Shown here: positions 31,993 to 42,795 of the stretch, piece by piece
Layout: each line of letters opens with the position of its first letter
Position numbering within the stretch: position 1 is the first letter of the stretch
From: Longimicrobiales bacterium
GTDB lineage: Bacteria; Gemmatimonadota; Gemmatimonadetes; Longimicrobiales; Gaopeijiaceae
NCBI GenBank assembly: GCA_965219445.1
Contig: CBDCNQ010000005.1
Span: 1,120,001-1,184,000, forward strand
DNA length: 64,000 bases
Direction: 5' to 3'
Made by a program: the position numbers and the translations under genes
Notes under the pieces: model-generated
Database searches by the model: none
What the model was told of the DNA's origin: nothing
Seen by the model: only the letters and a program-made list of their open reading frames with translations

Positions 31993-32945
31993 CGCGGCGT
32001 CGCGCCTTTGTCTCCAAAAAGGGGAAGGCCGGTCAACTGTTCCTCCTCCGAGGCTGCATCCGTGGAAGCATCCGCTCCCCCAGGGGCTTCGAAAGCGGCG
32101 CCCTCCCTGGCCGGCGGCGCCGCCCCGCGCTTGAGGCCCATTACGAGATCGAGCCCGAGAATCCGCTCCCGAGTCAGAAGCTTGTGCACCTCCCGTTCCC
32201 GCACCCACGCGGTCCAAACGCCGACCCAGCCCCAGCGGCGCTTCGCCCGGCGGAGGATCCCCAGCTTCTCGGAAACACTGAACAGCTCCGTGAAGTCGGG
32301 AAACGGTTTCGTGATCTGAGGCCGAAAGGCGGTCTCCTCGTCGGACCAATCCTCCGTGTGCAGGCCCTCGACGCCTGCGTCCAATAAGAATCTCTTCCAT
32401 TCGACCAACATGAGCGGGCGGCAGCCGAGGTACTGAGAGAGAATCTCTCGGCGAACCGGGTCTACGGGCGCCTTCCAGACAGGCTGGACGAGAAGGACAC
32501 TCGCACCCGCCTTCGTGACCCTCACGATCTCCCTGACCGCATCTTCGGGGGAAACCCGTGCGGTGATGCCGAGTTCGGCAATCACGACGTCGAAGATCTC
32601 ATCCCGGAAAGGTAATCTGTCCATCTCTCCCGGCTGGACATGCACCTGGTCGAGCAACCCGATCGCTCGCAGCCGCTCTTCGGAGTGCTCCAGAAGGGTA
32701 GGATCGTCTTCGACCCCCGAGCCCTGTACCGAGTACTCGCGCACGAAGTACTCCAGTGTGACCGCTAAACCGGACGGAGCAACAAGGACCTCATCATCCT
32801 TCTTCATATCCGTGAGAAGGGCGATTTGCCGGCAAAGGTCGATGCCGCCGGGGGGGAACAGGGGTCGGCGGCTCAGGTGCACCAGATCGAGCATGGACGG
32901 AATTTTCATGTCGGCGCTGGCGCCACCATGGGTGTCGGCGGACAT
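31989..32945 (-). CDS. Class I SAM-dependent methyltransferase-like protein
   Basis: PPGG, LPFRDEIFDVVIAE, EIVRVTKAG; motif I is degenerate. Confidence 0.7.
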   Translation of the reverse strand: MSADTHGGASADMKIPSMLDLVHLSRRPLFPPGGIDLCRQIALLTDMKKDDEVLVAPSGLAVTLEYFVREYSVQGSGVEDDPTLLEHSEERLRAIGLLDQVHVQPGEMDRLPFRDEIFDVVIAELGITARVSPEDAVREIVRVTKAGASVLLVQPVWKAPVDPVRREILSQYLGCRPLMLVEWKRFLLDAGVEGLHTEDWSDEETAFRPQITKPFPDFTELFSVSEKLGILRRAKRRWGWVGVWTAWVREREVHKLLTRERILGLDLVMGLKRGAAPPAREGAAFEAPGGADASTDAASEEEQLTGLPLFGDKGATPR

Positions 32946-32994
32946 GTCGGAAGTCAGGCCGGCGTGTTTCGAAGAGTCAAGAGCAAGCGGGCGA

Positions 32995-33510
32995 CTAAAA
33001 AACGGGCTCTTCCGCCGAATCCATGTCCTTCAGGGCCTCCCGTAGACGCTCCTCTTCCTCCGAGGACAACTCGGTGCTCACCGTCTTCTCGGGCGGGGCG
33101 CCCCGACGCATGTACCGCAGAGCCACTACAACGGCCACGATCCCGAGGACGATCGCAGCTGGCGGAACGAGCCAGGCCAAAAGTCCCGCCCCGGTGGCGC
33201 GCGGATAGGCGAGGTATTCCTCACCGTGACGGGCGAGCATCCATTCGACGAGCTCGTCCGTCGTCCAGCCCTCGCGTGCCATCGCCTGCATACTGTCCCG
33301 GAGCAACGCACCCGTGTAGGAGGTGCAGACCTCGAGCATTTGACCGGGGCAATACGGCGACTTGAGCCGGGCGATGGCCTCATCAGCGGCGGGATGCGGT
33401 TCGAGTGGCCTCCGTAGGGCTTCGTCCTGACCCTGAGCGACCAATGGTTGCAAGTGGGCGGCCATGGCCATCGCCGCCAGGAACGCAATACTCCGCACTG
33501 TATTGAGCAT
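32995..33510 (-). CDS. ccmH: Cytochrome c biogenesis protein CcmH/CcmL-like
   Basis: LKSPYCPGQMLEVC (variant of LRCxxC), HGEEYL, LAWLVP. Confidence 0.7.
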   Translation of the reverse strand: MLNTVRSIAFLAAMAMAAHLQPLVAQGQDEALRRPLEPHPAADEAIARLKSPYCPGQMLEVCTSYTGALLRDSMQAMAREGWTTDELVEWMLARHGEEYLAYPRATGAGLLAWLVPPAAIVLGIVAVVVALRYMRRGAPPEKTVSTELSSEEEERLREALKDMDSAEEPVF

Positions 33511-33630
33511 TTTAGTAACCGTGCTCCATCACACGTCACGAGGCGTGCCGTACAGGAATTAGATTCGCGTCGGAAAACTCTCAGCGCCGCCTAATCTTAA
33601 CCCGGAGGTGAGATTATGAGCCACCCACCG

Positions 33631-34041
33631 CTAATCCCCGTCCAGCCTACGTCCGTACACCAAGCCCAGAGCCACCCCAGCGATACCCTCCTCAAAGATG
33701 TGCCAGGCCCCATCGACGAAAATCACGGAGGAGGGACCGTCAAGTATGCCGTACAACACGAGATTCGTAGGGAACCACCAAAGTAGCCCGATGATCGCCC
33801 CGAACTTCAGGCCCTCACCCACCGGGGAGCCCCCTTCATAGCCCTTAGGATACATGTAGGCCATGATGATGCCGACCACCAGGTAGGCAAGGCCGACCGC
33901 CCACATGAGCGGAGCTTCTCGGCCGCCTACAGTAACCGACTCGTAGTAGTCGCTCATCAGAACGACATGCCAAAGACCTGAGAGTAGGAACGCCACCACA
34001 GACGCCACCAGGGCTCCGGTCACAAATTTGCGCCCGTTCAT
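33631..34041 (-). CDS. Four-TM hypothetical membrane protein (DUF1761-like)
   Basis: Four hydrophobic segments; GGAG upstream. Confidence 0.7.
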   Translation of the reverse strand: MNGRKFVTGALVASVVAFLLSGLWHVVLMSDYYESVTVGGREAPLMWAVGLAYLVVGIIMAYMYPKGYEGGSPVGEGLKFGAIIGLLWWFPTNLVLYGILDGPSSVIFVDGAWHIFEEGIAGVALGLVYGRRLDGD

Positions 34042-34252
34042 AGGGACTCCCTCCGTTTCGAGGTCAGGGACCGCCAAGCGGATCAATGTGGGGACAGTGC
34101 GCGGGGCGCGCGAGCCGAAGGCTCAGCTGACCTTTCCCATCGGATGTGGGGGCCGTAGACTCGATGTCACGCTCGGTCAGGCGAGTTCATTCTGTCAGGC
34201 TCCAGGCCGACAAGGAGGCGATCCAGCGGGTGTCTCGAAGAAGGAGAAAACC

Positions 34253-35131
34253 ATGAACCGACGAAATTTCCTGGGCGCCGCGCTCGCCGCCGGTGGAGCC
34301 ACCCCAGCCTTTTCGCGACGGGCGCTTGCGGCCGACCATGGGGGCGGGGCCGCGCCCGCGACGGGCGCTGCCGAGCGCTCGTTGCAGACGCATCGCATGC
34401 AGGTTGCGAGCTCCCTGCACATGTGCGTCTTCGACACCTTCGGCACCGTCGTCGACTGGCGCGGGTCGGTCATCGCCGAGGTGGAGGAGCTCGCACGCCA
34501 GAAGGGCTGGGATCTCGACGCTGAAGCTTTCGCCGTGGCATGGCGCGCCAACTATGGCCCCTCGCGCAATCGCGTCCGCACCGGTGAGCTCCCTTGGACG
34601 AAGCTCGACGATTTACACCGCATGACCCTCGACGACCTACTGATACGATTCAGGATCGACGGGCTCAGCGAAGAAGAAAAAGTACACCTCAACAAGGTCT
34701 GGCACCGGCTGCACCCGTGGCCCGACGCGCCGGAGGGACTGGCGCGCCTCAAGACCCGGTATGTGCTCTCGCCGCTGTCGAACGGCAACGTGGCTCTTTT
34801 GACGGAAATGGCGAAGTTCGGGGGCATTCCTTGGGACTGCGTCCTGGGATCGGACGTCGCGCGGCACTACAAGCCGGACAAAGAGATGTACTTGATGCCA
34901 AGTGACTTCTTCGACATTCCGCCATCGGCCGTGCTGATGGTCGCTGCGCACACCGGCGACCTGGACTCAGCGAAGAGCCACGGCCTGCGGACCGCCTACG
35001 TCCATCGTCCGCTCGAGCGGGGCCCGGACACACCGCCATGGGACCCGCCCGAGGTCGGTCGGTTCGATTTCCTCGCGACGGACTTCAACGACCTGGCGTC
35101 GCAGCTCGGTATCTGGTCGCTGCCGGCATAG
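34253..35131 (+). CDS. Haloacid dehalogenase type II with Tat signal peptide
   Basis: MNRRNFLG; FDTFGTVVDWR, LSNGN, YKPD, MVAAH..DL; AAGGAG RBS. Confidence 0.88.
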   Translation: MNRRNFLGAALAAGGATPAFSRRALAADHGGGAAPATGAAERSLQTHRMQVASSLHMCVFDTFGTVVDWRGSVIAEVEELARQKGWDLDAEAFAVAWRANYGPSRNRVRTGELPWTKLDDLHRMTLDDLLIRFRIDGLSEEEKVHLNKVWHRLHPWPDAPEGLARLKTRYVLSPLSNGNVALLTEMAKFGGIPWDCVLGSDVARHYKPDKEMYLMPSDFFDIPPSAVLMVAAHTGDLDSAKSHGLRTAYVHRPLERGPDTPPWDPPEVGRFDFLATDFNDLASQLGIWSLPA

Positions 35132-35218
35132 CCGACCCTGCTGAGCGGGCAAGCCGCGCGGAGATGAGCCACCCGTCCATCCGAATCCTCTGGCCCACCG
35201 ACAAGCAGGTGCCGAGCC

Positions 35219-36896
35219 TCAGTCCATAAGGTGGACGCGCCCCGCGTCGCCATCCACCTCGATTGTCTGACCGTCCGTGATCATGCTGGTCGCCACGCCG
35301 GTCCCGACCACCGCCGGGATTCGGTACTCGCGAGCCACCACGGCGCAATGGCTGAGAATGCCGCCTGTATCCGTAACAATGCCTGCCGCAATCCCGAACA
35401 ACGGCGTCCACGACGGCGACGTAGACTCGGCCACCAGAATCTCCCCCACGCCGAGCTTATGGCATTCGTCCAGAGAGCGCACGACCCTCGCGGTTCCGCG
35501 GACCTTGCCCGATGAGCCGGCATTTCCCGCCACTGTGTCCTCCGCCGCGTCGTCCTTGCTCGGCCGGCGCTCCGAAGAACTTTCCCAATGCGTCAGACAC
35601 CAGTCCGGGTGGTGGTGGCCCGTAGTCCGTGCCCATGAACAGGGGCGGCTTCAGCGATCCGAAATGCTCCATCTCCCTCTTGCGCGCCTCCACAAGACCG
35701 ATGTGGTCAGTCGCAGGTGAGGCATCAGCTGCGGCGGCGATTTCATCCGTCCGTAGACAGAAAACGTCGCCGGCTGTCTCCAGCGTCCCCGCCTCGGCCA
35801 ATCGCTTCCCCATCTCCATGACGACTCGACGCACGCGGTAGGTAGACTGAAAATCGATCCAGTAACCGTGATCTTCGGTAAGTACGACGGCCGTGGAGGA
35901 CGCCTCGAGCAGACGTTCGAACTCGTCGCGGACATCAGACGGGTACCCCTGCAGTCGCTCTCTTGCGGCGGCTACGGCATCGTCACGTTCCGCGGCCCGC
36001 TCCCTTAGTTCGTCACGCGGGTCGCCCTCCTGTTCGATGTAGCCCTTCAGGGTGACCATGACGGGACTGGGGTCCTCGATCCAACTCCCGTGACGGATTC
36101 CCCAATCCGACATCCGCTTGCCGTGCAGGTTCAGGAAGGCGTCCACCTCCTTCGCCAACGCCTGCCCGTTACCGGACTCGACCAGGGCATTCATCACATC
36201 GCCAGGGGCGTGTTCCTCGAAGATCTTGCGGACCCCATCGCTTGCCCTGGCCTTGCGACTCAGATCCCACAACGCGCGAGCAACCTCCAGGGTCTTGTTG
36301 TCGAATCCCTGAACCAGCTTCTGCGACTCGAAGACGCCATCCGAAAACAGGTCGTTGTACAGATCGTCCAACAGCGACAGCGCGATATACACCGGAAATA
36401 CGATCTGGAAGTGAATGTCCGCCAGACGTAGGGCGCCTGCCCACACCTCTGTTAAATGGGTTTGCAGATCCGCAGTAGAAGCCGCCGCGACATCGAAGGC
36501 GTCCCACTCCTTAATGTACTTTTTGATCTCGGGTAACCATTCCTCGTCCCAGCGCTCCTGAAGGCGACCGACGTTGGCCATGATGACCTCATCCGAACGC
36601 GTGGTCTGTTCCGCCATCTGCTCTGGTGGGATTCGGGGGAAGATGCCGGTATACAACCAGTAGTTGAATTGCTTGGCCGCCATCTGCAACGGCATCTCGA
36701 AATGCTGCATGGCCAGGTCCGCGCCGTGCATGAACTGCGCCCAGAACTCTCCCTCGAGAGGCGGCATGACTTTGTTGAAGTGCATCAGGTCGAGCTCCCA
36801 GGGGATCTTCTGTTCGTCAGCGGACGCCCACTTGACTGGGAAGTCCTCCTGGGGTGGAATCGCTACGGGTTCAGATGGGGGGCCTGCATCGGACAT
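35219..36896 (-). pseudogene. PEP-utilising enzyme (substrate-binding domain + His swivel domain), frameshifted near 35560
   Basis: C-terminal GEILVAESTSPSWTP..TDTGGILSHCAVVAREY lies in a different frame from the long N-terminal ORF. Confidence 0.8.
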
Positions 36897-36934
36897 AACC
36901 GGTTTTCCTCCGCCTCTGGGTTCGCGTTGCTCAA

Positions 36935-37813
36935 TTACTGATCGGGCTCGGTCAACGTAGTGATCTGGCGACACTGTAGTACAAACAGCTCTTCGCCGCT
37001 GTAGGCACTCTCCACGTCGACCGGCCATCCCATCTCATCCTCCAAGCTCATCGCAAGTCGCGCCATCGCCACCAGCTGCTCACCAGAGAGCGTCGGGCGT
37101 GAGCGCATAAAGCGCGGCACAGGCACTTCCTCCGTGCCGTCTTGGACCCGCACTGTCATGATCTTCTTATCCGAGATCTTGGACTCGGTCACGGTCAGGT
37201 CCCGCTTGTCGATCGTGAACGTATCCGGGCTGACGGTTCCGCCAACGATGCTTTCACCCAGCCCCCAGCTCGCATTGATCACGACCTCGTCGCGATTCTG
37301 GGTGACCGGATTGGCACTGAAGATCACGGCCGAGGAGTCGGCGGCCACCAGCTCCTGGACGAGCACGGCCATCTCTAATCTGTCGAGCGCTAGCCCGGCG
37401 TGCTGTCGATATTCGGTGACTCGCTCCGCCCGAGTGGAGTGCCAGCAGCGGAGCACCACGGCCGCCACCGCCGCATCACCCTCCAGATTCAGATAGGTCT
37501 CGTACTGTCCGGCAAATGAGGCGAAGCCACTGTCTTCGTCGATCGCAGACGACCGCACCGCGACGCTGGGCTTTTCGAGGTCCGAGCGTCGGGCCAGCTC
37601 ACCATACGCATCCCTCAACTGGCGCAGCAGCTCCGATGGAAACTCTTCTCCGCAACCGTCTGCATGGCCGGCCCACTCCTGGAAAGCGTCCGTAGTCAGA
37701 CAGAAGCCCGGCGGGACCTGGTACTCGGCCGCGAGTCGGCTCAGATTGGCTACCTTGCCTCCAACCCGCGAGACCTCCTGGCACCCGGTATCGTCCAACC
37801 AGATAATGTTCAT
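36935..37813 (-). CDS. Stand-alone PEP/pyruvate-binding (PPDK_N, ATP-grasp) domain protein
   Basis: VGGKVANL, VAVRSSAIDED, SFAGQYET, WGLGESIVGG, LQCRQIT. Confidence 0.9.
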   Translation of the reverse strand: MNIIWLDDTGCQEVSRVGGKVANLSRLAAEYQVPPGFCLTTDAFQEWAGHADGCGEEFPSELLRQLRDAYGELARRSDLEKPSVAVRSSAIDEDSGFASFAGQYETYLNLEGDAAVAAVVLRCWHSTRAERVTEYRQHAGLALDRLEMAVLVQELVAADSSAVIFSANPVTQNRDEVVINASWGLGESIVGGTVSPDTFTIDKRDLTVTESKISDKKIMTVRVQDGTEEVPVPRFMRSRPTLSGEQLVAMARLAMSLEDEMGWPVDVESAYSGEELFVLQCRQITTLTEPDQ

Positions 37814-37878
37814 CGCACACCAGTTAGGTCTGTCCGGAGTACACCTCCGAATCGCACCAATGCGGACAACCGATATCG

Positions 37879-38883
37879 TTAGCGGAGTCGGTCGATCCCC
37901 GCCAACGCCCGTAAGACGGCCGCCACCCCCAGGCCGGTCCGGGCGGGATCGTAACCACCCTCCAGCGTAGCCACGATTCCGACTCCGCGCGAATCGTCGT
38001 CCCCGCCCCCCATGGCCGCAACTGCCATCACCTCACGCGTGAGCGCGTGCATATCTTCGGGCTCCAGGAGCATCCCCCCCAACGGATCGCCGGCCATGAC
38101 GTCGAAGCCCGCCGAGATGAGGATGAAGTCCGGGCGGGAGGCCTCAACGCCCTGGCTCAGCGCCTCGGAGAAGTGCCGCGAGTATTCGGCTGCCGACGTG
38201 CCCGCGGCGAGCGGAACGTTGAGCGTCCACCCCGCTCCCTCACCCACGCCGGTTTCGCTCGCCGCGCCGGTGCCCGGATAATGGGGAGACTGATGCAGCG
38301 ACAAGTAGAACACGGTCCCATCGTCGTAGAACGTGTCCTGCGTGCCGTTCCCATGGTGAACGTCCCAGTCCACGATCAGCACACGTTCGGCTCGGCCCGT
38401 CGCCTAGAGCCACCGCGCCGTGACGGCCACATGGTTGATCAAGCAGAAGCCCATGGCGCGGTCGGGCGTCGCATGATGTCCGGGGGGACGCGTGGCCACG
38501 AACGCGGAGGACAGCGTCCCGTCTGCAACACGTTCGGCCGCGGTAAGGAGTGCCGCGGTGGACCCCGTGGCCGCGCCCCACGACGCCGCGGACACGATCG
38601 TATCCGCGTCGAGTGAAACCGACGTACCCTCCTTCTCCGCTCGCTCCACGGACGTGCGAAGAAGCGTCAGGTATTCGGGCGTGTGCACGCGAAGGAGGTC
38701 CCTGTCCGTCACCTGCCCGGGATCGACCTGGACGACCCTTCCGTGCAGGGCCAACAGATCCCGGCCAACGGCGGAGGACAGCGCGCGGAGTCGGCCTTGG
38801 TGCTCCGGATGCCCCCACCCGGTATCGTGGAGCGGCGCTTCTGGATGAAGGAGAAACCCCGCCGGAGGGGCGGAGTCAGTCAC
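37879..38883 (-). pseudogene. Histone deacetylase family amidohydrolase interrupted by an in-frame TAG at 38404-38406
   Basis: HPE, [43 protein letters not shown], LEGGY, all one frame. Confidence 0.88.
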
Positions 38884-41800
38884 CCGCTCCCACCACCGCA
38901 AGCGCCTTCGCGTCGGCGATGCGCTCCTGAAGAGTGCGGACCTGATACGTCCGAGATCGCAAAGCGATGAGTGCGTCACAGGCAGCGCTCGTCGCGGACA
39001 TCGTCGTGAAGTATGGGACGCTGTGCGTGATCGTGGCCCTGCGCATGGCGTAATCATCGTACTGCGACTTCTTCCCCATGGGCGTGTTGATGAGCATAGC
39101 GACCTCTCCGGATACGATCTGGTCGACGATATCGGGCCTTCCCTCTCCCACCTTGTAGACCCGTTCCACAGGGATCCCAAGGCGCGTCATATACTCGTAT
39201 GTCCCCTTGGTCGCGCGGATCTCGAAGCCCAGATCGCGGAGCCTCCTCAGAATCGGGGTCACCGTGGGCTTGTCCTGGTCGTTAACCGTAACAACCAATG
39301 CACCGCCCCTCACGGGGAGCAGATTGTAGGACGCCGCCTGAGCCTTGGCGATCGCCATTCCGAACGAGTCGTCGAACCCCATGACCTCCCCCGTCGAACG
39401 CATCTCGGGTCCGAGCAGGATGTCGACCTCGAAGCGAGAGAACGGGAAGACCGCCTCCTTCACGGCCACGCCGGCCACGGGTGGCTCTTCCGGAACGTCC
39501 ATATCAGCCAGCTTCTCACCGGCCATGACACGGGCGGCAAGGCGTGCCAGGGGAACGCCCGTCGCCTTGCTCACGAAGGGTACGGTTCTCGAGGCACGTG
39601 GATTGACCTCGAGAACGTAAACAACCCCTTCACGGATGGCGTACTGTACGTTGAGCAGCCCCACCACACCTAGCTCCAGCGCGAAGCGGCGCGTCTTTTC
39701 CCTAATTTCCTCCAACTCCACGGCCCCGAGCAGGTAGGGCGGAAGCACGCATGCCGAATCCCCAGAATGCACACCCGCGTCCTCGATGTGCTGCATGATG
39801 CCACCGATCACGACGTCCTTGCCGTCCGAAAGCGCGTCCACGTCGGCCTCGAACGCGTCCTCGATGAAGCGGTCGATCAGGACCGGATGATCCGGAGAGG
39901 CCCGAGCGGCGCGCTCGAAATAGTCCTTGAGGGAGACCTCATCGTAGACGATCTCCATCGCACGGCCCCCGAGCACGTAACTGGGGCGCATGAGCACCGG
40001 GTACCCTACCTCCTCGGCCACCGCGAGGGCTTGCTCCTCGCTCGTGGCCATTCCGTTCTTGGGCACCGTCGCTTCGACGATCCTACACACCTTTTCAAAT
40101 CGCCCACGATGCTCGGCACGGTCGATGGAGTCCACGGAAGTTCCGAGGATCGGAACACCCATCGCCTCCAGCCGTTCGGCAAGATTCAGCGGCGTCTGGC
40201 CACCGAGTTGGACGACCACGCCGAGGGGCTCTTCCCGTTCCACGATCTCGAGCACATCCTCGAAGGTTAGCGGCTCGAAGTAGAGCTTGTCGCTCACGTC
40301 GAAGTCGGTCGACACCGTCTCCGGGTTCGAATTGATCATGATGGTCTCGTACCCGACCTCCCGAAGCGCCAGCACGGCCTGCACGCAACAGTAGTCGAAC
40401 TCGATCCCCTGCCCGATACGATTCGGACCACTCCCGAGAATGACTATCTTCTCTCGATCCGACGGATTCGACTCGTCCTCCTCTTCGTAAGAGGAGTAGT
40501 AATACGGCGTTTCCGCGGGGAATTCGCCGGCACACGTATCGACGACGTTATACGTGGGGCGAATGTCCCACTCCCAACGCCGGGCCCGGACCTCCTGCTC
40601 CTCCTCGGAGCGCAGCGCCGCAAGCTGCACGTCGGAGAAGCCGTTCCGCTTCATGAGCCTGAGCTCGGCGGGTCCTACTTCATCCAGCTCCCGGTACCAG
40701 GCCTCCTGATCGACGATCTCGAGAAGTTGGTATAGGAACCACGGGTCGATCCCGGTTGCCTCCTGAATTTCCTCCACCGGGAGTGTGCCAGCCAGCGCGC
40801 GTTTGAGCTGGAAAGCCCTATCCGCGGTGGGGCGACGGAGCGCGGCGAGCAGAGCCTCCGGATCCTCCGACTCGAGCCCGTCGTCTTCGAGCCGGTCACC
40901 GAGCACCCAGCCGTTCCGTCCGATTTCCAGTCCGCGAATCCCCTTCTGCCATGCCGACGCGAAGGTCCGCCCAATCGCCATGGTCTCGCCGACCGCCTTC
41001 ATCTGCACGCCGAGCACCGGGTTCACCTCCGGGAACTTGTCGAAGGCGAAGCGCGGGAACTTGACCACCACGTAGTCGAGCGTCGGCTCGAACGAAGCCG
41101 GCGTGGTCTTGGTGATGTCGTTGGGCAGCTCGTTGAGGAGGTAACCCACTGCGAGCTTCGCCCCCACACGGGCGATCGGAAACCCGGTGGCCTTCGACGC
41201 GAGCGCGGAGGACCGCGAAACCCTCGGGTTCATCTCCACGACGAGCATTTCGCCGGTCTGCGGATCCACGGCGAACTGGATGTTACACCCCCCCGCTTCG
41301 ACACCGATTTCTCGGATGATCGCGATGGCGGCGTCGCGCATGCGTTGATACTCGACGTCTGTAAGGGTCTGGGCGGGAGCCACCGTGATCGAATCCCCCG
41401 TGTGGACACCCATCGGGTCGAAATTTTCGATCGAGCACACGATGATGACGTTGTCCGACCCGTCTCGGACTACCTCGAGCTCGTACTCCTTCCACCCGAT
41501 GACGCTCCGATCGATGAGCACCTCGGTAATGGGGGAGGCGTCCAAGCCTCGGGCCACGGCCACCTTGAACTCATCGGCGTTGTACGCGATGCCGCCACCG
41601 GTACCCCCGAGGGTGAAGCTGGGACGGATAATCGCCGGATAGCCCGTTTCTTCAACAATCGCCAACGCTTCTTCCGTCGTGCGTGCGAAGCCGCCGTAGG
41701 GAAGCTCCAATCCGATGCGCGTCATCGCAGCCGCGAATTCCTCACGGTCCTCGGCCATCTGAATCGACTGAGCGTTCGCTCCGATCAACTCGACGCGGTG

Positions 41801-42130
41801 CTTTTCGAGCACGCCCTGTCGATCCAGTTCCATGGCGATGTTGAGCGCGGTTTGTCCGCCCATTGTGGGCAGCAAGGCGTCGGGCTTCTCCCGCTCGATT
41901 ACCCGCTCGACCCAGTTGGGCGTCAGCGGCTCGATGTAAGTACGGTCGGCGAGATCCGGATCCGTCATGATCGTGGCAGGGTTGGAATTCACCAGCACCA
42001 CGCGATAGCCCTCCTCCTTCAGGGCGCGAACCGCCTGGGTGCCCGAGTAGTCGAACTCGCACGCCTGGCCGATGACGATTGGGCCTGAGCCCAGAATGAG
42101 GATGGATTCGAGGTCAGAGCGTCTAGGCAA
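38876..42130 (-). CDS. carB: Carbamoyl-phosphate synthase large subunit
   Basis: [35 protein letters not shown], duplicated ATP-grasp, MGS domain. Confidence 0.97.
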   Translation of the reverse strand: MPRRSDLESILILGSGPIVIGQACEFDYSGTQAVRALKEEGYRVVLVNSNPATIMTDPDLADRTYIEPLTPNWVERVIEREKPDALLPTMGGQTALNIAMELDRQGVLEKHRVELIGANAQSIQMAEDREEFAAAMTRIGLELPYGGFARTTEEALAIVEETGYPAIIRPSFTLGGTGGGIAYNADEFKVAVARGLDASPITEVLIDRSVIGWKEYELEVVRDGSDNVIIVCSIENFDPMGVHTGDSITVAPAQTLTDVEYQRMRDAAIAIIREIGVEAGGCNIQFAVDPQTGEMLVVEMNPRVSRSSALASKATGFPIARVGAKLAVGYLLNELPNDITKTTPASFEPTLDYVVVKFPRFAFDKFPEVNPVLGVQMKAVGETMAIGRTFASAWQKGIRGLEIGRNGWVLGDRLEDDGLESEDPEALLAALRRPTADRAFQLKRALAGTLPVEEIQEATGIDPWFLYQLLEIVDQEAWYRELDEVGPAELRLMKRNGFSDVQLAALRSEEEQEVRARRWEWDIRPTYNVVDTCAGEFPAETPYYYSSYEEEDESNPSDREKIVILGSGPNRIGQGIEFDYCCVQAVLALREVGYETIMINSNPETVSTDFDVSDKLYFEPLTFEDVLEIVEREEPLGVVVQLGGQTPLNLAERLEAMGVPILGTSVDSIDRAEHRGRFEKVCRIVEATVPKNGMATSEEQALAVAEEVGYPVLMRPSYVLGGRAMEIVYDEVSLKDYFERAARASPDHPVLIDRFIEDAFEADVDALSDGKDVVIGGIMQHIEDAGVHSGDSACVLPPYLLGAVELEEIREKTRRFALELGVVGLLNVQYAIREGVVYVLEVNPRASRTVPFVSKATGVPLARLAARVMAGEKLADMDVPEEPPVAGVAVKEAVFPFSRFEVDILLGPEMRSTGEVMGFDDSFGMAIAKAQAASYNLLPVRGGALVVTVNDQDKPTVTPILRRLRDLGFEIRATKGTYEYMTRLGIPVERVYKVGEGRPDIVDQIVSGEVAMLINTPMGKKSQYDDYAMRRATITHSVPYFTTMSATSAACDALIALRSRTYQVRTLQERIADAKALAVVGAGD

Positions 42131-42257
42131 CGGAAAATACGGGGGGCTGGGGGCCGCTGAGTCGGCTGATCCACGGGGTGTAAAGCGGAGCAGACATCAC
42201 GGCGAAAGGTACCTTAAACGGCACCTCGGGCAAGCGTCGGGAGTGTCTCGTGGCCCC

Positions 42258-42368
42258 TCAACTTCCCTTGCTGGATTCCTTGCGGACTGCGGTCGCCAGG
42301 GCCAGGAAAAATCCGCCCCAAACGAACCCGAGAATGAGCACCATCGTGACTACGGTCGAAGTCGTCAT
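42258..42368 (-). CDS. 36-aa MetS-like small subunit of an NSS-family transporter
   Basis: MTTSTVVTMVLILGFVWGGFFLALATAVRKE: single TM with the VWGG motif typical of NSS small subunits. Confidence 0.7.
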   Translation of the reverse strand: MTTSTVVTMVLILGFVWGGFFLALATAVRKESSKGS

Positions 42369-42414
42369 GAGCTCATTTTCCCAGGGAGAGGCCCTTGGCG
42401 CAAGCAAGCCGGGG

Positions 42415-42795
42415 TCATCGATTGAGCTCGACCGTAATTCCACTGAGGTCGTTGATCACCTCGTTGATGTCGTCCACCGCCTCGACGACGACTGTGGTCA
42501 GCGAAGGGCTTCGGACATCGTCCATGGCCACCCGGAATCGGATTCGGTCCGGGTCGGCCGTGACCAGCACGACCCGGTACACATCGGTCGCCGGCTCGGC
42601 GAAGAAGACCCTAGTCTGGCCCGCATCCGAGAATCCCCGCACCCCGGGCCCACTGATCTCGAGAACGATCGCACCCACGGGACTAGCCCCCAACCTGACA
42701 ACGCCCCTGAGCTGGCCTGGACCCCTCGGCCCCCAATCGCATGCGCTGAGCGTCAGCGTGACAGCCGTGACCGTAACCAGCCTTGCCCAACTCAT
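42415..42795 (-). CDS. Hypothetical lipoprotein
   Basis: Lipobox LSAC; ATG overlaps the stop of the upstream fragment. Confidence 0.7.
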   Translation of the reverse strand: MSWARLVTVTAVTLTLSACDWGPRGPGQLRGVVRLGASPVGAIVLEISGPGVRGFSDAGQTRVFFAEPATDVYRVVLVTADPDRIRFRVAMDDVRSPSLTTVVVEAVDDINEVINDLSGITVELNR

